Source: Ardenticatenaceae bacterium (GTDB taxonomy: Bacteria > Chloroflexota > Anaerolineae > Ardenticatenales > Ardenticatenaceae). Taken from it: a stretch of DNA of 64,000 bases. Both the position numbers and the translations under genes were made by a program. The notes beneath the pieces are model-generated. The model did no database searches. It was given only the letters and a program-made list of their open reading frames with translations, and had not been told where the DNA came from. The stretch spans positions 629 to 64,628 of the forward strand of contig JALSKA010000135.1 of assembly GCA_026989095.1 (NCBI GenBank), given 5' to 3'. Below are positions 49,869 through 58,621 of the stretch, piece by piece (positions within the stretch are counted from its first letter, which is position 1; every line of letters begins with the position of its first letter).

Positions 49869-51275
49869 CTAGGCTTGGCCGCCAGCGAATCCCAGCTCCT
49901 GGGATGGCTGGGTGGGGTCCTCGCCGTAGGCCACCATGCCGTGCTCGGTGGCATCCAAGCCGGCCAGCTCGTCCTCGCGGCTGACGCGCAACCCCATCGT
50001 CTTGTCCAACAGGGTGAAGAGCAGCCAGCCGGTGATGCCGCTCCAGAGCACCAGGGCCACCACGCTGATGAGCTGGGCCACAAGCTGCTGCACGTCGCCC
50101 ACGATGAGGCCGCTCACCCCATACGTGCCGTCCGCGAAGATGCCCACGGCAATGACGCCGAAGATGCCCACCGCGCCGTGGACGGCCGCCGCGCCCACCG
50201 GATCGTCCACCTTGAGTTTCTCCTCGATGAAGCGCGTTGCCCACAGCATGATGAGCCCGCCAATGGCCCCGATCACCACGGCCGCCCAAGGGGCCACGAA
50301 GGCGCAGGCCGCTGTGACGGCCACCAGGCCGGCCAAAATGCCGTTGCCCGTCACGCCCAAGTCGATGCGGCCGGTGCGCAGGAGGGTCACGTACATGGCG
50401 GCCACGCCGCCGGCCACGGCCGCGAGCGTTGTGTTGGTGGCGATCACGGAGATGCGCAGCTCGGTGGCGGCCAGGGTGCTTCCCGCGTTGAAGCCGAACC
50501 AGCCGAAGAAGAGGATGAAGACGCCCAGGATGACGAACGTCATGTTGTGGCCCGGAATGGTGCGCGGCCGCCCTTGCTCATCGTACTTGCCGATGCGCGG
50601 CCCCAGCTTCCAAGCGCCGATGAGGGCCAGGACGCCGCCCACGCCGTGAACCACGCCCGAGCCGGCGAAGTCCACCGCGCCAAGCTGCGCCAGCCAGCCA
50701 CCTCCCCAGACCCAGTGGCCGTAAATGGGGTAGATGAGGGCGCTGACCAGGAACGAGTAGGCCAAGTAGGCCGGCACCCGCGTGCGCTCGGCCATGGCCC
50801 CGGAGACGATGGTGGCCGCCGTGGCCGCGAAGACCATCTGGAAGAGCCAATAGAGCACTGTGGTCACATCATACGCCTCGCCGCTGAGGAAGAAGCCCGA
50901 GTAGCCGATGAGGGCGTTGCCCTTCTCCAGGCCGGCGGCGAGGGCCGAGCCGCCGAACATGATGGCAAAGCCGAAGGCCCAGAAGGCCAGGGCCGCCATG
51001 CAGAAGTCCAACACATTCTTGGTGAGGATGTTCACCGTGTTCTTGGCCCTGGTCATGCCGGCTTCGACAAGGGCAAAGCCGGCCTGCATGAAGAAGACCA
51101 GAAAGGCGGAGACCAGCACCCAGACGAAGTTCACCGGCGCCGTGGGATCGGCCGCCAACGTCTCCGCCCCGGAGGGATCAGGGCCTTGGGCCAAGGCCGG
51201 AGCGGCAAAGGCCAGCACCACGCCGAGCGCCCCAATGCCTCCTATCCAACCGGTACGAAGGCTCCGCAATCGCAT
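49869..51275 (-). CDS. amt: ammonium transporter
   Basis: 468 aa with a signal peptide. Has FMQAGFALVEAG and other Amt/MEP hallmarks. RBS is AAGGAGGAG. Confidence 0.95.
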   Translation of the reverse strand: MRLRSLRTGWIGGIGALGVVLAFAAPALAQGPDPSGAETLAADPTAPVNFVWVLVSAFLVFFMQAGFALVEAGMTRAKNTVNILTKNVLDFCMAALAFWAFGFAIMFGGSALAAGLEKGNALIGYSGFFLSGEAYDVTTVLYWLFQMVFAATAATIVSGAMAERTRVPAYLAYSFLVSALIYPIYGHWVWGGGWLAQLGAVDFAGSGVVHGVGGVLALIGAWKLGPRIGKYDEQGRPRTIPGHNMTFVILGVFILFFGWFGFNAGSTLAATELRISVIATNTTLAAVAGGVAAMYVTLLRTGRIDLGVTGNGILAGLVAVTAACAFVAPWAAVVIGAIGGLIMLWATRFIEEKLKVDDPVGAAAVHGAVGIFGVIAVGIFADGTYGVSGLIVGDVQQLVAQLISVVALVLWSGITGWLLFTLLDKTMGLRVSREDELAGLDATEHGMVAYGEDPTQPSQELGFAGGQA

Positions 51276-51789
51276 GTCTGCTCCTCCTTTTCGTGCGTTT
51301 CACCCAAGAATATCGGACAAGTTGCCCAAATTCGCCGTGCTGAATGCCAGTATAACTGGCCAGGGAACACTTCTCCACGTGAAAAATGTCAGAACATCTC
51401 CCCAGCTTATTGGGCAGAATGCACAGCACACGAGTGGCCCTGTTGGGTACGCAGGAGGGGAATGGGGACCACATCGGGGACCAAACGGGCCAGGCGAGGG
51501 CCATTGCCCGTCACCAAGAGGAGCCCTGTGGACGACGTGACACCCCCAAACGGTCTACACCGTTCGATGTACATCTTCTTGGGGAGAATCGTCCGTTCTA
51601 GCGATAGACAAAAGGGGGTTGGCAAGGCTAATATTGAGAAAGAGGTTCAAGCCCACCGGGGTGTATCAGGTGGCTGGGCCAACACAAGAGCCACACTTCT
51701 GCCGTATCCCCTGAACTTCCACAAGCAAAAGGCGTTCACAGGCGTGGGGTTTCCGGTTTGAACACCGTTTAAGAATCGGGAGGAGGCTG

Positions 51790-52596
51790 ATGAGCCGCGA
51801 TGCCCTAATTGTGTTCGTCATTTGGATCGTGACGACGGTAATCGGCCTGATCGTGGCGGGCTCAATGGACATCTACCCTCCGGTGGCCGCCGTGGAGGCC
51901 GAGCACATTGACCAGGCAGCCCGCACTCTCTTCATGCTGGCCACCCCCGTCTTCACCTTCGTAGTCGTCGTCATGCTCTACAGCATTTGGCGCTTCCGGG
52001 CCAGGGACGAGTCCGAAGAAGGCCCGCCCATTTACACCCACCAGACCTTCGCCGTCGGGTGGCTGGTGGTCACGTCGGCGCTGGCCGCGCTGCTCTTCTA
52101 CAACCCCGGGTACGTGGGCTGGCAGTTCCTCCAGCGGGACCCCTCAGGCGAGATCATCGTCCAAGTGACGGCCGCCCAGTGGCACTGGCACGTGACCTAT
52201 CCCCAGTACGGGCTGACCGTCACGTCCCGCCCCATTGGCTTCGAGCGCATGGAGGAGAACGCCGTGTTAGCCCTGCCGGCCGGGAAGCGGGTCAAGTTCG
52301 AGGTCACCTCCGTGGACGTGATCCACTCCTTCTGGATCCCGGCCCTGCGCATGAAGGTGGATGCCGTCCCCGGCCTCACGACGACCATGTACGCCACAGT
52401 GACCGAGACCGGCTCCTTCGAGGAAGACGCGGCCTTCCGCGTGCAGTGTGCCGAGTTGTGCGGCGCCGGCCACCCCCGCATGAACATGCGCGTGGAGATT
52501 CTCGAGCCGGAGGAGTTCGAGAAGTGGGTTGAGGAGCAGAAGAAAATGATGGAAATGGGCGGCATGGGAGAAGACATGCAGGACGACGACCACTAA
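51790..52596 (+). CDS. coxB: cytochrome c oxidase subunit II (no fused cytochrome c domain)
   Basis: CuA motif HSFWIP..CAELCGAGHPRM. Two N-terminal TM helices. Confidence 0.9.
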   Translation: MSRDALIVFVIWIVTTVIGLIVAGSMDIYPPVAAVEAEHIDQAARTLFMLATPVFTFVVVVMLYSIWRFRARDESEEGPPIYTHQTFAVGWLVVTSALAALLFYNPGYVGWQFLQRDPSGEIIVQVTAAQWHWHVTYPQYGLTVTSRPIGFERMEENAVLALPAGKRVKFEVTSVDVIHSFWIPALRMKVDAVPGLTTTMYATVTETGSFEEDAAFRVQCAELCGAGHPRMNMRVEILEPEEFEKWVEEQKKMMEMGGMGEDMQDDDH

Positions 52597-52657
52597 GCGA
52601 CGTGGTGCCGGACGAACGGGACCGGATGTGCGCTCAAATGTGAAGGAGGCAAGGCTT

Positions 52658-54457
52658 ATGCTACCGGTTGTACGTGGAATCATCTGGGCCGTTGTGGCGT
52701 TCATCATCGGCGCCGTTCTCACGATGCTCGTCCGGGTGGCCGTGGGCCTGCCTGCATGGGCCTTTGGTCCGGTCTTCACGGTGGGCTATTTCTTCGGCTT
52801 CACGGGCTGGCTCCTGGGCGTGGGCGTGTGGGACACGTGGCTCCGCGAGTACTTGGGCATGGAGCCGCGGCCCTACAAGGCCGAGGGGTGGCGCCGGTAC
52901 TTTGGGTTCAACACCGACCACAAGGTGATTGGCATCCAGTACGGCGTCACCTTTGTCATGATCTTCCTGCTCGCCGGGCTCCTGGCCATGGTCATGCGCT
53001 TCGAGCTGATGCGCCCGGGCCGCGACATCCTCGACTTCGGCGAGTACAACCGCATCATGAGCCTGCACGGCTTCATGATGATCTTGGTGGCGGTCACAGC
53101 CGTGCCGGGGATGTTCGGCAACTACTTCGTGCCCCTGATGATCGGCGCGGAGGACATGTCGTTCCCGCGCATGAACGCCCTCAGTTACTGGATTTGGCCC
53201 CCGGCCGCCTTCTTGCTCCTGTTGAGCCCCTTCTTCGGCGGCTGGGACACGGGGTGGACGGGCTACCCGCCGCTGGCCATTACCAACGAGGACGGCCAGT
53301 TGCTCTACAACTTGGCCTTCTTCACGGGCGGCCTCTCGTCCATCGTGGGCTCGGTGAACTTTCTCACCACCATCATCACCATGCGCGCCCCCGGCATGAC
53401 GTGGGGACGGGTACCCATCTTCGTCTGGTCCATGTTCCTCACGTCGATCATGACCCTGACGGCCACCCAGTTCGTGGGCGTGGCCATGCTCATGAACTTG
53501 CTCGACCGCATTGCCGGCACGGCCTTCTTCAACCCGGTCCAAGGGGGCGTGCCGCTGGCCTACCAGCACATCTTCTGGTTCTACTCCCACCCGGCCGTCT
53601 ACGTGATGATCTTGCCATCGCTGGGCATTATGCTGGAGGTGCTGGCCCACTTCTCGCGGAAACCCCTCTTCGCCTATCGGTGGGCGGTGGCCGGCATGGC
53701 CGGCGTGACGGCGCTGAGCTTCACCGTCTGGGCCCACCACATGTTCACCAGCGGCATGTCCGGCGCGCTGCACGTGCCCTTCATGGCCACGACGGAGGCC
53801 ATCTCGGTGCCCACGGGGTTGATCTTCCTCTCCGCCTTGGGCACCATCTGGCAGGGCAAGATGCGCTTCAAGACGCCCATGCTCTTCGCGCTGGGCATGC
53901 TCTTCAACTTCCTCATCGGCGGGCTGACGGGCGTCTTCAACTCTGACTTGCCCGTGGACATGCACCTGCACGATACCTTCTGGGTGGTGAGCCACTTCCA
54001 CTACACCATCATGGGCGGCGGCATCTTCGGGCTCTTCGCCGGCATCTACTACTGGTTCCCCAAAATGACCGGCCGCATGTACGACGAGCGCTTGGGCCGC
54101 CTCCACTTCTGGCTCATGTTCATCTTCTTCAACCTGACCTTCCTGCCCATGGCGTGGCTGGGCATCAACGGCATGAACCGCCGCATCGGCGACTACCCGC
54201 CCCAGTTGGGCCCGGTGAACGGCTTCGTGAGCATGATGGCCTTCCTGTTGGGCGCCAGCTTCCTGATCTTCATCTACAACATGGTCATGGCGTGGGTGCG
54301 CGGGCGCGTGGCCGAGGCCAACCCCTGGGGCGTGCGCACGCTCGAGTGGGCCACGTCCTCCCCGCCGCCCGAGCACAACTTCCCCCATGTGCCCGAAGTC
54401 GTGGCCGGGCCGTATGACTACGGCGTTCCGGGAGGGGCCGCCCACGCCAGGGTATAA
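52658..54457 (+). CDS. ctaD: cytochrome c oxidase subunit I
   Basis: ATG at 52658 lies 8 nt after GAAGGAGG. Has heme/CuB ligand motifs WAHHMF and WVVSHFHYTIMGG. Confidence 0.95.
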   Translation: MLPVVRGIIWAVVAFIIGAVLTMLVRVAVGLPAWAFGPVFTVGYFFGFTGWLLGVGVWDTWLREYLGMEPRPYKAEGWRRYFGFNTDHKVIGIQYGVTFVMIFLLAGLLAMVMRFELMRPGRDILDFGEYNRIMSLHGFMMILVAVTAVPGMFGNYFVPLMIGAEDMSFPRMNALSYWIWPPAAFLLLLSPFFGGWDTGWTGYPPLAITNEDGQLLYNLAFFTGGLSSIVGSVNFLTTIITMRAPGMTWGRVPIFVWSMFLTSIMTLTATQFVGVAMLMNLLDRIAGTAFFNPVQGGVPLAYQHIFWFYSHPAVYVMILPSLGIMLEVLAHFSRKPLFAYRWAVAGMAGVTALSFTVWAHHMFTSGMSGALHVPFMATTEAISVPTGLIFLSALGTIWQGKMRFKTPMLFALGMLFNFLIGGLTGVFNSDLPVDMHLHDTFWVVSHFHYTIMGGGIFGLFAGIYYWFPKMTGRMYDERLGRLHFWLMFIFFNLTFLPMAWLGINGMNRRIGDYPPQLGPVNGFVSMMAFLLGASFLIFIYNMVMAWVRGRVAEANPWGVRTLEWATSSPPPEHNFPHVPEVVAGPYDYGVPGGAAHARV

Positions 54458-54548
54458 AAGGCGTGGGGGGCCCATCCCCCTGTGCGGTTTCGGCAGAGGT
54501 ACTACGAAACTCCAGAGTCCCTGACCTGAATGAGGAGGGTGGACGATC

Positions 54549-55115
54549 ATGAGCAGCAGCGAAGCGGCCGTGTACGAGGGCGGGTATACCCGGTTCCAGA
54601 TGAACCGGATGGGCCTGTGGTTCTTCATCATCTCCGAGGCGTTCATGTTCTTGGCCCTTCACTTCTACCGCTTCATGGTCTTGGGCACCGAGCGGCCCGA
54701 GGCGGTCAACGTGGCTCTGGGCGGCGTGCTCACGGTGATCTTGTTGGCCAGCAGCGTCACGGCCCACCGGGCCGAGCAGGCCATCGCCAAAGGGGACACG
54801 GAGGGCTTGCAGCGCGGGCTTCTGGCCACGATGGGGCTAGGCGTGCTCTTCCTGCTGCTGGTGGCCTACGAGTGGAGCGTGGCCTTTGCCGAGTTTCCGC
54901 CCTCCACGCCCTACGGCTCGATCTTCTACCTGACGACCGGCACCCATGCCCTTCACCTGCTGAGCGGCATCGGCGTGTTGGCCCTGGTCTACAAGGCGGC
55001 CAAGCGAGGCGCCTTTACCGCCGAATCCCACTGGGGAGTCCACGGCGGCGTGCTCTACTGGCACTTCGTGGACGTGGTCTGGCTGAGCGTCTTCACAGTG
55101 CTCTACCTGCTCTGA
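54549..55115 (+). CDS. ctaE: cytochrome c oxidase subunit III
   Basis: 188 aa with 5 TM helices and a subunit III-like WHFVDVVWL motif. Confidence 0.85.
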   Translation: MSSSEAAVYEGGYTRFQMNRMGLWFFIISEAFMFLALHFYRFMVLGTERPEAVNVALGGVLTVILLASSVTAHRAEQAIAKGDTEGLQRGLLATMGLGVLFLLLVAYEWSVAFAEFPPSTPYGSIFYLTTGTHALHLLSGIGVLALVYKAAKRGAFTAESHWGVHGGVLYWHFVDVVWLSVFTVLYLL

Positions 55116-55158
55116 TGATGGTGCGGGCAGAGTGTGGCTGCGTCGAAAGGAGGAACAC

Positions 55159-55833
55159 ATGACCGAGCAGCAACAGCAACAGCGGCCGGGCATCATCCTG
55201 ATCGCCCTGCTGGTAGGATTTGTGGTCGCGTTGCTGGCCGTCGTCTACGCGGACGAGGTGTCGGCAGCCGTCCAGCGCCCCTTTGCCGCGAGCCCCGGCC
55301 CCGACGGCACGGTGGAGATCGTGCTGGAGGACTTCCGCTTCTCCCCGTCGGTGATTCGCGTCAAGGCCGGCCAGCGCGTGCGCCTGGTGCTGCGCAACGA
55401 GGGGTTGCACACCCACGAGTTCATGATTGGGCGACAGGTGGTGCTGGAAGAAGGTGTTACCGAGCCGCCCGAGCCCGACTTCTTCGAGGGGCTCACGGAC
55501 GTGAAGGTACAAATCGTATCCGGGTTGGCCATGCCCATGGGGTTCGGCGAAGAAGAGGAAGGAATGGATATGGGCATGGGCGATATGGGCGGTGACATGG
55601 GCGGCATGGAAGAAGCACAGCCCGTGGGATTGCTCATGCCCGGCCCCCACGGCGAGGGGCTGGATATGGGCGAAGTACACGGCAGCATGGTCATGATGGA
55701 GCCCTTCTCCGAGGCCGTCATTGAGTTCACAGTGCCGGCCGACAAGGTGGGCACGTGGGTCTTCGGCTGCTTCCAGGAAGACGGCCTCCACTACGACAGC
55801 GGCATGCGCGGCATTTTGATTGTGGAACCGTAA
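55159..55833 (+). CDS. membrane-anchored cupredoxin with Met/Gly/Asp-rich insertion
   Basis: ATG follows AAAGGAGG. Has a TM anchor. Candidate type-1 Cu ligands are NEGLHTHEF and GCFQEDGLHYDSGM. The insertion reads MPMGFGEEEEGMDMGMGDMGGDMGGMEE. Confidence 0.7.
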   Translation: MTEQQQQQRPGIILIALLVGFVVALLAVVYADEVSAAVQRPFAASPGPDGTVEIVLEDFRFSPSVIRVKAGQRVRLVLRNEGLHTHEFMIGRQVVLEEGVTEPPEPDFFEGLTDVKVQIVSGLAMPMGFGEEEEGMDMGMGDMGGDMGGMEEAQPVGLLMPGPHGEGLDMGEVHGSMVMMEPFSEAVIEFTVPADKVGTWVFGCFQEDGLHYDSGMRGILIVEP

Positions 55834-56054
55834 GTCATCCACCCGCCTGACGCTCCGGTTAGCTGGTCAGTCTGTGGTCTCCTTTTCCTTCGCCGGCGGC
55901 GCCCGCCTGCCCCGCGGGCGCCGTTCTTTTTCCTCCTCCCCCTGAACACCGGTCCGAGGCCGTTCTCAAAGAGATGGAGAGCCCGTCGGGAGGAATCCAG
56001 GGACCCGACAGCCCTTTGGGCTTGGAGGCTTGGTACACGGAGGTAAAAACGACC

Positions 56055-56909
56055 ATGACGTGGGCAATGGCAGTGCTCGCCTTGGCCATGACGTGGGCAT
56101 ACACGCGCGGGTGGTGGTACGTGCGCGGCCGCCGGCGCGGCCACTGCTTGGCCCGCGCGTGGCGGCTGGGGGCATTCCTGGCAGCCGCCGGCACGCTGCT
56201 CCTGGCCTTTTTGCCGCCGATCGCCGCCTACGAGGGGCACTCCTTCTTCGTCCACATGATCCAACACGAAGTGCTCATCGAAGTGGCTCCTACCTTCTTC
56301 TGGATGGCCCACCCGGTTCCCTTCCTGCTCTGGGGTATGCCCGCCCGCTGGCGGCGTTGGCTCGCCGTCCGCCTGCTCGCCCCCGGCCGGCGGCGAGCTT
56401 GGCACGCCTTCAGCGCTCCCAAGGTGATCGTGCCCCTCTACTTGGCGACAGTGACCCTGTGGCACATCCCCTTCGCCTACGACGCTGCTTTACGGTGGCC
56501 GGCCTTCCACGCGGCCGAGCACATCTCCCTCTTGGCCACGGCCACGGCCTTCTGGTGGCTCGTCACCGGCGCTTCCCCCCGGCTGCACCCCCGCGCCGGC
56601 TACCGCTTGCCCATCGTCTACGTGGTGGCCGCTTACGTCCACAACGAGGTGTTGGGCGTGGGGCTCACCCTCATCCGCCAGCCCATCTACGCCTTCTACG
56701 AGCGCGTGGTCCCGCCGTGGAACCTCGCCCCCGCCACCGACCAAGCGTTGGGCGGGGCGGTCATGTGGATTCCCGGCGAGTTCATCTACGCGGCCACGCT
56801 CATGGTCCTGCTCATGCGCCTGCTGGAGGAAAAGGAGCCCTACCGGGGCACATACGAGAGTTACCCTATGTCCTCGCAGCTCGCGGACCCGCCGGATGGA
56901 TACCGGTAA
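56055..56909 (+). CDS. ctaG: cytochrome c oxidase assembly factor CtaG (Bacillus caa3_CtaG type)
   Basis: Polytopic protein with HMIQHE, AEHISLL and VMWIPGEF motifs. The start is uncertain (56055 is preferred over 55974 because of an ACGGAGG RBS). Confidence 0.8.
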   Translation: MTWAMAVLALAMTWAYTRGWWYVRGRRRGHCLARAWRLGAFLAAAGTLLLAFLPPIAAYEGHSFFVHMIQHEVLIEVAPTFFWMAHPVPFLLWGMPARWRRWLAVRLLAPGRRRAWHAFSAPKVIVPLYLATVTLWHIPFAYDAALRWPAFHAAEHISLLATATAFWWLVTGASPRLHPRAGYRLPIVYVVAAYVHNEVLGVGLTLIRQPIYAFYERVVPPWNLAPATDQALGGAVMWIPGEFIYAATLMVLLMRLLEEKEPYRGTYESYPMSSQLADPPDGYR

Positions 56910-56925
56910 AAGGCCCTAAAACAAC

Positions 56926-56961
56926 ATCGGGGACGCCGGCACAAGGCCTGGCGTCCCCGAT
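56926..56961 (-). terminator. 12-bp hairpin terminator between convergent ctaG and the GEVED gene
   Basis: ATCGGGGACGCC-12 nt loop-GGCGTCCCCGAT. On the minus strand it is followed by GUUGUUUUAGGG. Confidence 0.6.
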
Positions 56962-56995
56962 TGTGTACGGTCCGCTGTCTTCCGCTGACGTCGCC

Positions 56996-58351
56996 TTACG
57001 TCAGGCGGCGCCCCACCACGAGGGCCACACCCGCCACGGCCAAAGCCCCTGCCAAGAGGCCGGCCCAGAGAAGGGGAGTAGGCCCTTGGTCCACCACGCC
57101 CCCCTGAAATGCCGTCAGGGTCACTGCCGTGGGGCCGAAATTAAAGAGATAGTCCTCAACCTCCCCGCTGGTCGCCTCGCCACCAATAGTGTTACACTCG
57201 TTCTGGGCGCGGCAGATGCGGAAGCGCGCGTAATACGAATTGTTCCTCGGGTCGGTCGTGCTGGGGACTTGGAAGACCAAGTCGGTCACGCCGTCGGAGA
57301 CAGCCTGGTCGTTGAAGATCTGTTCCTGGGCGTCGGCGAAGTCACCGTCTTGATTCCAGTCAATCCAGCCGCTCAGGTAGCAGGTCGCACCACACCCGTT
57401 GACCGTGACCTCCACGCTGCCGCCGCTGGAGGAGTTCCAGTTGATGCCCGGCGTGGGCCGCACGCCGTCCTCGTCGTCGATGCCAGTGAGGTCGTCACCG
57501 TCCGCATCGCTCGGCGAAGTCACCGGGTTGCCATCACTCTCAGTGTCCACGGCGGAGCCCAGCGTGAGCCCGTCGGTCACGTGGGCCGGGCCGCCGCTGG
57601 CCGACGTGGTGGAGTAGGTGTCGGGCGCGTCGCCGTAGTCGCGCTGGGTGGTCGTTGTGCCAAAGGTGTCAATGTTCAGGTCGGCGCCGGGGCTCACGCT
57701 GCCGTCAATGAGCAACTGGACGGCCACGGCCGGCGTCGAGCCCGTATTGGCCGGCGGACACCCGGCGCCACTCTTGGTCACGAAGTCGCTGAAGGGCACC
57801 ACGAAGCGCGTGGACGTGAGAATGCCCCCCGGCAACGTCAAGGTGGCGCTGGAGGCGTCGGTGGCGTTGCAGTAGACCACGATCTCGACGCCTATGGGCA
57901 GGTCGTTAAAGGTGGTCACGAACTCGAAAGCGTCGTCAACGCCCCCGTTGGTCAGATCGACGCTCAACAAAGTCGTGGCCAACGCGGCGGGGTCCCCGTC
58001 CGCGCCGTCCCACGTGACCTCGGCGAGGGCGCTGGCGCCGCTGTCCTGGGACATTTCCAGCACCCCGCTGCTGCCGGCATTGGCCCGCAGGGCGACTTGG
58101 TTGGCATCGGGGCCCGCATACGAAGTCAGTCGGATGTCCCGCTCATTTCCCAAGGCAGAGGTGGCCGTAGCGGAATTGGCGGACGCAATCGAGTACTGCG
58201 TGCAAAAACTCGTGGGCCCTCCAACACAGACTTGCTGATCACCGGTGTTGAAATCGTCCACGACCGAAGCGGCCAAGACAAGGACAGCCCCCAAGAGCAC
58301 ACCAGCTAAAACAGCGAAAGCACTCAGGGTACGACATGTTCGACATCTCAT
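56996..58351 (-). CDS. secreted GEVED-domain surface protein with C-terminal TM/basic sorting-like tail
   Basis: ATG follows AAAGGAGG. Has a signal anchor and DYGDAPDTY / GEVEDYLF motifs. The C-terminus is GPTPLLWAGLLAGALAVAGVALVVGRRLT. Confidence 0.75.
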   Translation of the reverse strand: MRCRTCRTLSAFAVLAGVLLGAVLVLAASVVDDFNTGDQQVCVGGPTSFCTQYSIASANSATATSALGNERDIRLTSYAGPDANQVALRANAGSSGVLEMSQDSGASALAEVTWDGADGDPAALATTLLSVDLTNGGVDDAFEFVTTFNDLPIGVEIVVYCNATDASSATLTLPGGILTSTRFVVPFSDFVTKSGAGCPPANTGSTPAVAVQLLIDGSVSPGADLNIDTFGTTTTQRDYGDAPDTYSTTSASGGPAHVTDGLTLGSAVDTESDGNPVTSPSDADGDDLTGIDDEDGVRPTPGINWNSSSGGSVEVTVNGCGATCYLSGWIDWNQDGDFADAQEQIFNDQAVSDGVTDLVFQVPSTTDPRNNSYYARFRICRAQNECNTIGGEATSGEVEDYLFNFGPTAVTLTAFQGGVVDQGPTPLLWAGLLAGALAVAGVALVVGRRLT

Positions 58352-58385
58352 GAATACACCTCCTTTGTGTGTACATTGTTGTGGA

Positions 58386-58441
58386 CACGAAAAAGAACAA
58401 AAGGCCAGCTTCGCGAAAGCCCCTCGGCTTTCGCCAGAAGC
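58386..58441 (-). terminator. terminator-like hairpin plus U-rich tract immediately upstream of the GEVED gene RBS
   Basis: Minus strand reads GCUUC-ug-GCGAAAGCC-gagg-GGCUUUCGC-GAAGC, then 5 nt, then UUUUGUUCUUUUU. It could terminate the upstream operon or attenuate the GEVED gene. Confidence 0.4.
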
Positions 58442-58621
58442 CCCACAACCCAGCACCAGCCCGGATTTGACCCTTCCCTTCAGGGAAAGCGAAGCGGGGA
58501 GAAATGGGCTCCCAAGGTCTGGCTACACGCCGAAGCGGAGAGCTCCACCCATATGATGGGGGCGCTCATTTGTATAGTCGCCTTTGGGGGCACAATGGTT
58601 CAAAATTGGTCCACGCCGGCC

